Shown here piece by piece: positions 39,331 through 50,168 of a stretch of DNA of 64,000 nt (its first letter is position 1; every line of letters begins with the position of its first letter). Under the pieces are notes generated by a model, which was not told the DNA's origin, did no database searches, and saw only the letters and a list, made by a program, of their open reading frames with translations. This stretch comes from Pristiophorus japonicus. Its lineage: Eukaryota. The stretch covers positions 275,652,001 to 275,716,000 of the forward strand of contig NC_091980.1 in assembly GCF_044704955.1 (NCBI RefSeq), in the 5' to 3' direction. The position numbers and the translations under genes were made by a program.

Positions 39331-41875
39331 ACACCAGTCTGAGTTGGGTGTGGATTTAGGGCCTAAAGATGGAACTTTTATCGCAGTCCCCATAGTATGG
39401 GTCGTTTTGAAAGCAAAAATACAGCCAACTCTGAGAAGGTCAATAGCTTATAGTCATCAACTGTAATTAACATTGGACAATGTATATTCAAACACAGCAT
39501 TAACGTTCGTATATTTGTTTGCTCTTTGCAAGTATAGCAATTTTGCACTAAAACATATAAACCACATCAGCATTGCTCAATATACACAACTGTGGTTAAA
39601 ATATTAGTTAATAAATATCAAGGGTGAAAAATATTAACTATCAATTATATAAGGGTTCCTAAAAATTAGAACACCAACAACGTCGCTTGTCAATGCTTTA
39701 TAACATGCATGTTGCCGATACCATCATAAAATGTAGCATTTTTTTTTATCAGCACCCTCCGCACAAAGCACTCCCAACTATTTACTGGCCATCCCGTCGC
39801 TGCAATAACACCACCGGGAAACCGACAGCGCCTTCAGTTGTATATTAAACGCGGAATAAGGGCTGGTCTTATGAAGTCAAACAGCGCACTCACGCCAATT
39901 ACTTTGGGTACTGTTTTCTGTACTCTAACACGGGCAACCAGCTTTTTCTCTCAGCACGTCGGCAGGTGAATGTGGATGTGAAACCTACAACCGGTCATCG
40001 GGAGCATTCAGACCAGACTGTGTCTGTGTAAATATCCCTACATTACAACAGCGACTGCACTTCAAAAAGAAAAGGTACTTCATTGGCGAAAAAGCGCGTT
40101 GGGACGTCCTGAGGTGGCGAAAGGCGCTACAGAAATGCAAGTTATTTTTCTCTAAACTGGTCAGATTTCAGCTAACTAGCCGTACCACGAGGACTAATAT
40201 TCCAAGTCCCAGATAGGTTTTAGTTGTTACAAGTTTTCATACCAATGTGACATTGAATGCCACGTATAGTTGTTAGAATTATTTTTATGAGTTTGGACAG
40301 CTATTTTTTTTTACATTGGATTACATTACATAGGATATACAGCATAGTAAAAGGCATTTCGGCCCAAACAGTCCATGCCCGCGTTTACACTCCACTCGAG
40401 CCTCATTGAAACATAGAAAATAGGTGCAGGAGCAGAACCCTTCGAGTCTGCACCACCATTCAATAAGATCATGGCTGATCATTCCCGTTTTTTTTCCTTT
40501 TTTTTTCTAAATCCATCAGCGTAACCCTCTATTCCCTTCACCCTTATGTACATGTCTAGCCTCCCCTTAAATGCATCTATACTATTCGCTTCAAACACTC
40601 CCTGTGGAAGCGAGTTCCACATTCTCACCAGTCTCTGGGTAAACAGGCTTCTTCTGAATTCCCCATTGGATTTCTTGGTGACTTGTTGTTGTTGTTGACA
40701 TTGGTGAACCTACCTGAGATTTAGGGCAAGGGGCCATGCGCTACTTCCATGTTGATCAGATTGGGGTTTATTCTAGAGAACTCCTTATTAAAAGACTTTC
40801 CAGCGATGGTCACTCAGCCTGAGTTACGTTTAAAACAATCTGGAGAGTCTTTAAACAAAGGGTAACCTACGCCCTGATTCTATAAAATGGGAAGTATTGT
40901 AGGGCGGGACAGACCAAAGCAGGCACTTCACGGAGAGCTGGAATCGTTGAATTTGCTTGGGTCTGTCACTTCGGCCACTGCAGTGTGTTCCCAGACAATC
41001 CCGCTCTAAATGTAAAGGAGTGTGACCAAGATCTTTGGATTTGTGTTTCTCAAATGACCAACAGGTTCCTGGAAAATTATGAAACACAAATTATATTTTG
41101 ATTATTTTAAATACCTGCAAAATTATTTTGCATTTTGCAATTGAAGACATCTTTGGAAAATGTGATATTGGTGACAGCCGTGAGCTGCAATCTAGTGACA
41201 CCGGGGGAAATCCTTCCAGGAAAAAATGCTATTTTTAGCTCTCCACGTAAAGCAATTCGGAGATACTCCCAGAACTCACATCCTAGGAACAATCGAAAAT
41301 GGACGAATATTTCTTCACGTGTAAGCTTGGAATAATGCCATTAAATTTACTTCTAACACCGAGTGTCACCTTCACTTTTTTTTTAAAACCCCGAATATTT
41401 ACACAAAGATTAATTGTTAAATTCAACCTTCTTTTTGGCTCTTTCTGTTGAGTTTTCTTTTAAGCAGTGAGTGATCCTAGCATAAAAACCGAAAATGCTG
41501 GAAATGCTCAGCAGGTCAAGCAGCATCTGTGGAGAGAAGCACAGAGTGCACGTTTCAGGTCGGTAACCTATGGCAGAGTAATCCTGTAGTTGGTTAGAGG
41601 TGACTGCTCATCACTAAGACTGCTTTAAAAAAAAGTGTTCCTGGCATGTGGTGTCGCTGGCAAGACCAGCATTTATTGCCCATCCCTAATTGCCCTTAAG
41701 AAGGTGGTGGTGGGTCCAGGGACGGATTAAGGGTGCCTAGGGCCCCAGGCAGTACCCCGACCATAGGCCCACTACTCCCATTCACATCCTGCAGTAAATG
41801 ACATTACTGAGCTAAGTCACAGGGCACTATACTGAGTATGCATCAGGTCAAGATCAGGTTAGGTCTATATCTCAG

Positions 41876-42325
41876 GTTATGTTCTCACTGATATTATGAC
41901 AGTCATTTATCCTACATGGCTACTGTTGGTACTATCACAAGGTGTGCCACCAGAGGGCACCAGTGGGAGACTTGTAGGTTACCTGTACAGGTGTGCCTGG
42001 CCTAGTATAAAAGGCAGGCCACCAGGTGTGATCCTCACTCTGGAGTTAATAAATAAAGGACTAAGGTTACTACAGTTCAAGTACAACACTTTGCCTTGTG
42101 GAGTCATTATTAGAGCATCCAAGGACACAACAATTGGTGACGAGATTACGAACTTTCACGCGAAAATGGCTACCCTTGGTACGTTGCAACAGTTCGCCGA
42201 TGGTGATAATTGGGACGCCTTTGTGGAGAGGCTCGACCATTTCTTCACAGCAAATGACCTGGCAGGAGACGACCCGGCCACACTGGCTGATAAGTACAGA
42301 GCTATCCTGCTAACCAGTTGTGGTG
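41876..42325 (+). mobile_element. Truncated Gypsy element: 5' LTR, PBS and gag N-terminus
   Basis: TATAAAA 42006, AATAAA, LTR end ...CACAACA 42132, PBS TGGTGACGAG 42135, gag from 42166 (MATLG...DNWDAFVERLDHFFTANDL), homologous to the gag at 15929. Confidence 0.88.
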
Positions 42326-42377
42326 CTTTTGGACATCTGCTTAGTTTCTGTTTCTCCTCTGCGAAGTGCCTTGGAAC

Positions 42378-42886
42378 ATTAAATATGAGGTGGGTGGGGA
42401 GGGTTGACCCATCCACCTCCACGGAGGTGTGTGGGGGACCTGACCCATCCACCTCCATGGCACGAACCTGGTATTGCAGTACTTCCAGGAACGGTGCAGT
42501 GGCTCTAGGCCTTTTGGCTAAGAGCATTGGCGCAGAGTGATCCTTGGCATGTGCAAGGTGACCTCTGGCGTTTGTGATTTGACAAAGAATTGGAACGATT
42601 GGCTACGAATTTAAAAAAAAAAAAAAATTAAATATGAGGTGGGTGGGGTGGATTGACCCATCCACCTCCACGGAGGTGTGTGGGGGGCCTGACCCATCCA
42701 CCTCCATGGCACGAACCTGGTATTGCAGTACTTCCAGGAACGGTGCAGTGGCTCTCGGCCTTTTGGCTAAGAGCATTGGCGCAGAGTGATCCTTGATGTG
42801 TGCAAGGTGACCTCTGGCGTTTGTGATTTGACAAAGAATTGGAAAGATTGGCAACGAAAAATTTAAAAAAAAAATTAAATATGAGG
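42378..42886 (+). mobile_element. Tandem dimer of a poly(A)-tailed, snRNA-derived (U2 plus U6-like) SINE-like retroposon
   Basis: Units 42391-42626 and 42640-42873; ATTAAATATGAGG at 42378, 42627, 42874; U2 motifs CCTGGTATTGCAGTAC.TCCAGGAACGGTGCA and TCTCGGCCTTTTGGCTAAGA. Confidence 0.8.
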
Positions 42887-43419
42887 GAGGCGATTTTCTC
42901 TGAATACTTTAGGTGCTAAAGAGGTGGCCAAGATAAGGGTCTTAAGCTGAAACACTGGTTTAGCCCACGAGTAGTGCAAGGCACCATCTTGGTCAAGGAG
43001 TTGAAGCCAGCGCTAGGAACGGCTGCCTGAAGACTTATTAAACAGCTATTTGCCACTTAAAATGCCTGATAATGCTCATTAAAGAGGCTGCACGGCATTT
43101 TCTTGGGTAGCACTTCAACTAACGCTCTGTCCTAACAGGGACCAGCTGTTTGGGAGTAAACACAGCATTGATGTCGATTTCAAGTGCTACTTAAAGGATA
43201 CCCACCTTCATTGCTGCTGGAGCTGTGAAAAGGTCCTCTGAAACACATTGGGAGACTTTCAGGGAAACTTTGTCAAGACTTCACCAACACTTGAGCAATA
43301 TTTATTCCAGAAATTCTCTGAGGTCTTCATCTAAAAAGCGTGAGTGCTGTACTACTCCACCTAGTTGGACCCTTGCTGGCCTCCTATGTTCTCCCCTCTG
43401 TAAACCTGTGGTAATCGAA

Positions 43420-43865
43420 ATCGCTGCTGTCCATGTCCTAACTCACACCAAATCCCATTCACCCATCACCCCTGTGCTCGCTGACCTACATTGGCTCTCG
43501 GTTAAGCAACGCCTCCATTTTCAAATTCTCATCCTTGTTTTCAAATCCCTCCATGGCCTTGCCCCTCCTATCTCAGTAATCTTCTCCAGCACCCCCCCAG
43601 ATATCTGCGCTCCTCTAATTCTTGTGAATCATTAGTGGCCGTGCCTTCAGCTTCCAAGACCCAAAGCTCTGGAATTCTCTCCCTAAACCTCTCTGCCTGT
43701 CTATCTCTCTCCTCCTTTAAGACGTTCCTTAAAACCTACCTCTTTGACCAAGCTTTTGATCATCAGCCCTAACATCTCCTTAAAGTGGCTTGGTGTCCAA
43801 TTTTGTGTTATTAATGCTCCCGTGAAACACCTTGGAATGTTTTATTATGTAATACAAGTTGTTGA
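43420..43865 (+). mobile_element. L2-like LINE 3' fragment
   Basis: KSHSPITPVLADLHWLSVKQRLHFQILILVFKSLHGLAP. Confidence 0.8.
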
Positions 43866-44139
43866 ATGGACGAACATCACTTTAGTGTTGATAAGATGGG
43901 ATTTTGTGGGGAAGGCCAAATAGTTCTCTAAAAAATCTATAAAAGATGGGAAATAAAGAATAATAAGTCTGATAGCAAACAGGTACACACACTTAAAAAG
44001 GAATAGCTGGAGTTTCTCCCTTTTTTTCCTGGTGCAAACTGGAGGGGAGGAGATGTGAAAGTAAACTAGGTCCTCCAGCCGCTAGAGGCACGCTGTGGAT
44101 GTACACCCCCTCAGTAGTGGGGGTCCCTCTTGCCACCTT

Positions 44140-44560
44140 GCACTGCTCGGTCGCCCCAGCAACAGCCCGGATACAGTCGGCAATAATACGGAAGCGGATG
44201 CATTTGTGACTCGTCAGCCGGCCGAGGTCGTGGTGCGGAGGAAAGAAAAAGGCACCCGAGACAAGGCGATGGATTAAAGCGAGCGTCGCCGCCGCTCCGG
44301 CCTCCTTTCCCTCCCCTTCCCCTACCCTCCCTTCACCTTTCCCGGCCACAACTGCCGCTGCTTCTTCCTAATGGTGAGTGAGTGAGTGAGTGAGCGGAGG
44401 CCGGGGCTCGGCCCGGGGCCCGGGGGGAGCCTCATGCTGAGCCTGGGCTCTGACAGCTTTGGGTAACCGCGTCCTCCTCAATCAGGGCCAGCCATGGGGC
44501 CACTCAGACACCGACCGATCGGCCGCCAGGCTCCGGGCTGTGCTGACCCTCCCCACCCCA
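44140..44560 (+). promoter_or_regulatory. LYSET: CpG island: LYSET promoter and probable first exon ending at 44373
   Basis: CpG-rich; CGGAAG ETS site near 44189; donor ATG|GTGAGT; matching acceptor (T)n attgcAG at 47468. Confidence 0.7.
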
Positions 44561-44569
44561 GTGTAAACC

Positions 44570-44975
44570 AGACAGCACTCTCGTCTCTGGGTCAGGAGGC
44601 TGTGGGTTCAAATCCCACTCCAGTGCAGTGCTGAGGGAGTGCTGCACTGTCGGAGGTGGCGTCTTTCGGATGAAACGTTAAACTGCTCTCTCAGGTGGAT
44701 GTAAACAATTCCATGGCACTATTTTGAAGAAGAGCAAGGGAGTTATCCCTGGTGTTCTGGCCAATATTTATCCCTCAACCAACATCACTAAAACAGATCA
44801 TCTGGTCATTATCACATTGCTGTTTGTGGGAGCATGCTGTGCACAATTTGGCTGCTGTTTTTCCCCCACATTATTATAGTGACGTCACCTCAAAAGTACT
44901 TAGTTGACTATAAAGTGCTTTGGGATGTCCTGAGGTTGTGAAGTGAGCTATGTAAATACAAGTCTGTCTTTCTTC
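44570..44975 (+). mobile_element. DeuSINE/SacSINE-like SINE
   Basis: B box GGTTCAAATCC, central CAGATCATCTGGTCATTATCACATTGCTGTTTGTGGGAG, L2-like tail. Confidence 0.8.
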
Positions 44976-47487
44976 CAGGCTCTGAGTCATTGATAACCAT
45001 TTTGTCCCTGAGCAAGAAGATCTTCACATTATCATGCTTCCAGTGCAGTACTGAGGGAGTAAGAGGTGCGTCCTTCTGATGCCTAATCTGCTTGCTCAGT
45101 TGGATGAAAGATCATGTGCTATTTGTAAGAGAAAGATGAGTTTACCAGGTGCCCTGATCAACAGCTGTCTCTGAACCACACCATCAAAACAGACTGGTCA
45201 TATTTATGTGACCATACATGTTTACTTGTGTATTGACAGTAGCTGCATAGTGTAATTCATTCTATGTAAGCAGTTTGGGATGATTCTGAGATGTGATGAG
45301 GTGCTCTATAAATGTTGTTTATTTAACTATTGGCTAGATGTAGTCTGAATACCATTACTGGATTTCAGTGTACCTTGAGAATAATGTTAGTGTTGCATTC
45401 TAAGACCTTTTCACAAAGGAGGCTTAATTATTTGATCTGTAATCCTTTTAATGTAATTGTTTTGCTGATTTATATCTGGCAGTATTTTTTTTAAGTTGGT
45501 GATGGAGCATCGTGTTTTGTTTCAGTGGCAGCTTCATATAAAACCTTTTGCTGAAGGTAATTCTTGATTGTTTCTGGAACTGAGCCTGCTTGAACGCTCT
45601 CTGATTTTCCTGCAGGTTTCTTCCCTTTCCCATTTTGATGCACCTGACCCTGTTTCTTGACCCGGTTGCCTTTGATTGCAGGTGCTGAGGTCTTGCATCA
45701 CTGACCAGGTTCTCACACGTAAACAACTTGATTTCCAAATAGCTAACTGCAGGAGAAACCCATTGTTTTTGTGGGTGTCTCAATGTAACACTGAACCAGT
45801 AACTGTCTCCTGTGGCCTGCTTTTAATGCCATATTTTGATTACTGGAACCTTACTGGTTTTGAGGACAGGTGTGTGAGCTGGTAGTCCAGCTGTTACAAT
45901 GCTAATTCATCTTGCCAACAGTTATCATGTCTGCTGACACCAGCACTTTTTTGAGTAATATTGATCAGAATGGTTCTTGAGTAACATTTAAAGCCAGTCT
46001 ATACCTGATTTTTATATTGTGTTGAAGCCCATTTTTACCTTATCTTTTCTGCAGCTTGCAAAGCACTTATTATTAAGCGTTGTCTAACAAAAAAACTTAT
46101 ACATTGCTCTTAGGAGTAATTGAAGAATAGATGTGCATCAACACACATCCATCCGTCTATCAAATGTATTGTATTTAATGCAGGTACCACTGCCACCAAC
46201 AAGTATTTAAATTATCTACAAGGGCCTTATTTGGGCGGCTGAGAAAGAAAAATGGAGAGTTGGGAAAAATACAGAGAGGTGACCAGCATTCACTGAGCCA
46301 TATCCCATTGAGGAGTCAGCATCTTCAGGAAATGGGGAGGGGGGAGAGCACTAGATACTTCACTATTTCCATATGTATGTGTGTGTATGAAGTGTTGCCC
46401 TCTCTACCAACACCTCCCATTGAGGGTGTAGCAAGGAATTACTTGCTACCATGATCTTGCATTTATTTTGCACTATGGAGCTTTAAAAAGCTCTGACTGG
46501 AAAAACAAGGAGACATAGCTTTATCTCTTTCATGGCTTTAATCAAGGCTCACACATGAATTCTTTTGGATAGAGTACATTTTATTCTTGGAAAAATAATT
46601 GATATTGGTCCTCTGCAGAGTGCTTTTCATAGATGGGCCAAGATTACAGACAAAGGAGTAAGACATTGTTTGGTCGGGGAAATTGTTTTGATTCAATTGT
46701 GGTACACACAACGCTGATTTAGAATAAGCCCTTGAAGTGCTGTGTGTTCAGGTGTTTTTTAATCATCCATGTTTACAGCAGTCCTTGAACATTTCAGATA
46801 CTAATGCTTGAAATGAGTAGAGTAATCCACTACCACATTTCAATTTTTCAAACCAAAATAAATGCATTCTTCCCTTTTGCCTAATAATGCTATGTAAAAA
46901 TGGAAAACAATCGTAAGGCATGGAAACAAGAAGTTATAGTCCTACAGCATTCCACACGTATAGAGAATTGTCTCTGAATGCTTCATAGCATAGCGGAAGA
47001 ATAGCTGCCAAGTAGGAAGAAGAGTGAGTCGATCAAGGGGCAAAAGCACGTTTGAAGGGAGATGATACGGTGGAGGTGCTGGGGGGACAGAGAGATCCAG
47101 AGGGCGGGGGCCATGGTGGCTGAAGGAATGGTCACCTGTTGTAGAGCTGGGTTCAAGGACCAGGCAGTATCAGAGAGCAGGGGCTGTGTTGATCAGCATC
47201 TGAAAGAGAAAGGTAGGTGACGGTTTCTAATGTGGGCCTTCACAACTGAAATATTAAGCCAACTTCCTCTTTCAGTCACTGGCTGTGCATTTCCAGCAGT
47301 TTCAAGTTCCTTTTTGTCTTAATCTCCATCATCCTGTGTTCTTTAAAAGGAGATCTGATTGCAGTTTCGGGGTCACTGGGCAAATGATTCCCTTTCAGAT
47401 GCGCTAAGATTGTTAGCCTTTCATTTATTTTAACCCATCTTTGAACTATCTTTTTTTTTATATTGCAGAAAAAGTAGATTATGGAGA

Positions 47488-47883
47488 ATGATGAACTTTC
47501 GCCAGCGAATGGGTTGGATTGGTGTAGGATTGTATCTGCTAGCAAGTGCTGCAGCCTTTTATTACGTATTTGAAATAAATGAAACTTACAACCAACTGGC
47601 TTTGGAGCATATTCAGCGGAACTCTGAGGACCTGGGCATTGGAGCTTCTTGGACACAGACAGTGACAGCGCGCTTGTTTTCGCTCCCATTCTGGCTCTGG
47701 GCTATCCTGTTTCTGATTCCATACCTGCAAATCTTCTTATTCTTGTATTCGTGCACGAGAGCCAATCCCAAGACAGTTGGCTACTGCATTTTCCCAATCT
47801 ATCTGGCAGTCGTCTGCAATCGCCACCAAGCGTTTGTCAAAGCCTCCAATCAAATCAACAGATTGAAAATAATTGATACATGA
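47488..47883 (+). CDS. LYSET: Lysosomal enzyme trafficking factor LYSET (TMEM251), 131 aa
   Basis: MMNFRQRMGWIGVGLYLLASAAAFYYVFEI...YSCTRANPKTVGYCI...NRHQAFVKASNQI, recognisable TMEM251 sequence; synteny with ITPK1, GON7 and UBR7. Confidence 0.98.
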   Translation: MMNFRQRMGWIGVGLYLLASAAAFYYVFEINETYNQLALEHIQRNSEDLGIGASWTQTVTARLFSLPFWLWAILFLIPYLQIFLFLYSCTRANPKTVGYCIFPIYLAVVCNRHQAFVKASNQINRLKIIDT

Positions 47884-50162
47884 ATGGACCTATTACTTTG
47901 GGTTATAAGTCAACCAAAAATCAAGATTCACAGCATGGATGCTTAATTTGATGTAATCTAATGAAATGTCTAGTTGTATCTGAAATTTCATTACTGATTT
48001 AAAAAAAAAATATTAAACTTTATTTGGTACTGAACAGATCCTGCAGACAACTGTGTAAAATAACATTGTTAGGATTCTGTTAAATTTTCAATCATCAGTC
48101 ACGGGGAGTCACTCCATTTACCCCTTCCCACGCAGATGTTTGAGAAATTTTCATTATTTTTCAATGGGAATTTCCAGCTCTTTTGCCACTTTGGTGGCCA
48201 AGGGTTTCATTCTTTGTCCTTCCACTTTAAACCTATATCTTTATTTTTAGCACTTCAGTTTTAATTGTTAATGATTGAAACCAAGGTACAGTAAATGTTT
48301 TCTACTTCTGGCAAAATGTCTATTTGGGTACATGCAAAACGGTACAGATTGGATTCACATTTACCATTTTTGGAAATGCGGTGTTTTCAAAATGGACTTG
48401 TGAATACAGATTATTTGACCATCTACTAATGTCATTTCCTGGTTTATATATATTTTTTAAAGGGCCACCTTAACCTGTGTTCACAACAGTCGTCTCACCA
48501 TAGTGCAGCAAAGCAAGAGTCCCTATAATATGCTATGAATTCATGTACTCTTCAGTTAATAAAGGGCTATACCTGTAACTAGAGGCATTTATGATAAACT
48601 GAAAGAGCTAATGATTGTGTTTAAGGTGTACATGAATCTTTTTAAGTATTTGGGAAGCACCAGATTTTCCAGAAAGCTTCTTAAAGGTTCTGAGTGTAAA
48701 ACTAAACCATGCTCGCTAATTGTCATAGGCTATGTTGTTTGATTAACCAGTGTATCATTGTGACTCTTTTTATATACAAAAGGATGACTGTGATTCGGGA
48801 GCAGTTGTCTTTATAATGAAGGTACTTGTTCCGTATAGCCAATGTTTTTAAAACAAATAATTTCATCTGGGTTAAGCATTCACTCTGTGATGTGCATTGA
48901 GACCTGGGTCAAATAAGTAGTAATCTGTATAGCTAGTAGCCATTTATCCTTTAATACAACTTGATCAAAAGTATCAGTTGAAATGACGGACAATTTCGGA
49001 CTTTAAATTATACTCACAAGCCCTTTGCAAAAGCAGTTAATGGAGAAAGTAAGCACATCGTGTGACCCAGCCACAGTATTACCTGCAGAATGCAGTGAAA
49101 GATGTACCTACCACTAACAATGTACAGAAAGACAAGACACTCTCGCCTAACACTTTTTTATACAAATTCTAATGCAAATAGTTTTTATTTTTTTAGTGAT
49201 GGGCACTTTAGTGATCGTGCCATAATGAAAGTTCTGACTTTAAAAAAAAAAGTTGATATCCATCTTGATTTGCAGATTATTACTTTATTCCTGGAAATGT
49301 CAACTCCTTTTTAGGATAAAATTAATTCCTGGCAGCTTTCATCTCATTTCCTGATGGACCTTGATTATTGGAATTGGAGGGGGAAAAGATAACTTCCACA
49401 AATTGTACACCATGCAATTGTATAACATGAATGATGGGTGTCTAGCTGACTTTCAAAAAGTACTGGATAACTGCAAAGTGGGGACTTGCATGAGTATACA
49501 AGGGAAATGCTTCCTAATTCCTTTTTGTCCCCCATTTGGAGAAGTTGAGAACTAAATTTTGGAAAACTGTTGCACACTTAGGCCAAAAAGTGACTTGTTT
49601 ATAGTCCCTACACTCCAAAGTAATTTGTTGTATATGAAGCACCTTGGAATGTTTCTATAGCAATGTCATCAAGCGCTATATGAATGCAAGTCTTTTTGGT
49701 AGTCGTTTGATGTGGTAGGGAACGCCACTGCTGATTTGACTGCGAGGAATGAATATCCGAGGTTTTGGGGGGGGGGTTGTTGTTTAGGTGGTTCATGTTT
49801 CCTCTCCAAACCTTCTGGCTTTTTGAATTTGGCGTTGTCAACGCCATTCATTCTTTTGGCTGAAAGGAAATGCCAGACTGGGCAGGAGATGTTTGTTTAC
49901 TTTTGTGTGGCCAGTTGCTGCATGTGAAATAAATGTAGTGGTGTTGCCATAAACTGATATTGTAATATGGTGCCAATAAGACAGCTGCGAATGTTTTGCT
50001 TTTTTAAAAAAAAAAGCCATTTCGGCTTTCAAGATGTGCCAGGGTTTGAAACCCTAGCCATCTTGCAGAATGCGTATGCCTTTTAATTCTTGTATAGACA
50101 ATTATATGTAGGGAATATGGTGCTGGATTTGCTGCTGCATCTAAATTTCAAAATTGTCTGCT

Positions 50163-50168
50163 AATAAA
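50163..50168 (+). terminator. Candidate LYSET poly(A) signal
   Basis: AATAAA followed by a T/GT-rich stretch after TE-poor, AT-rich UTR-like sequence; alternative at 52751. Confidence 0.4.

Noticed and set aside
42423-42530. Functional U2 snRNA gene
   Set aside because: Order is permuted, the branch-point recognition sequence GTAGTA and the Sm site are absent, and it has a poly(A) tail and TSD.
41896-42540. 214-aa ORF / gag fragment as a MOAP1 (PNMA) orthologue at the syntenic position
   Set aside because: The ORF is a chance read-through of LTR, ~53 codons of Mag-like gag and the snRNA-mosaic unit. It is truncated, not PNMA-like, and on the opposite strand to recalled MOAP1.
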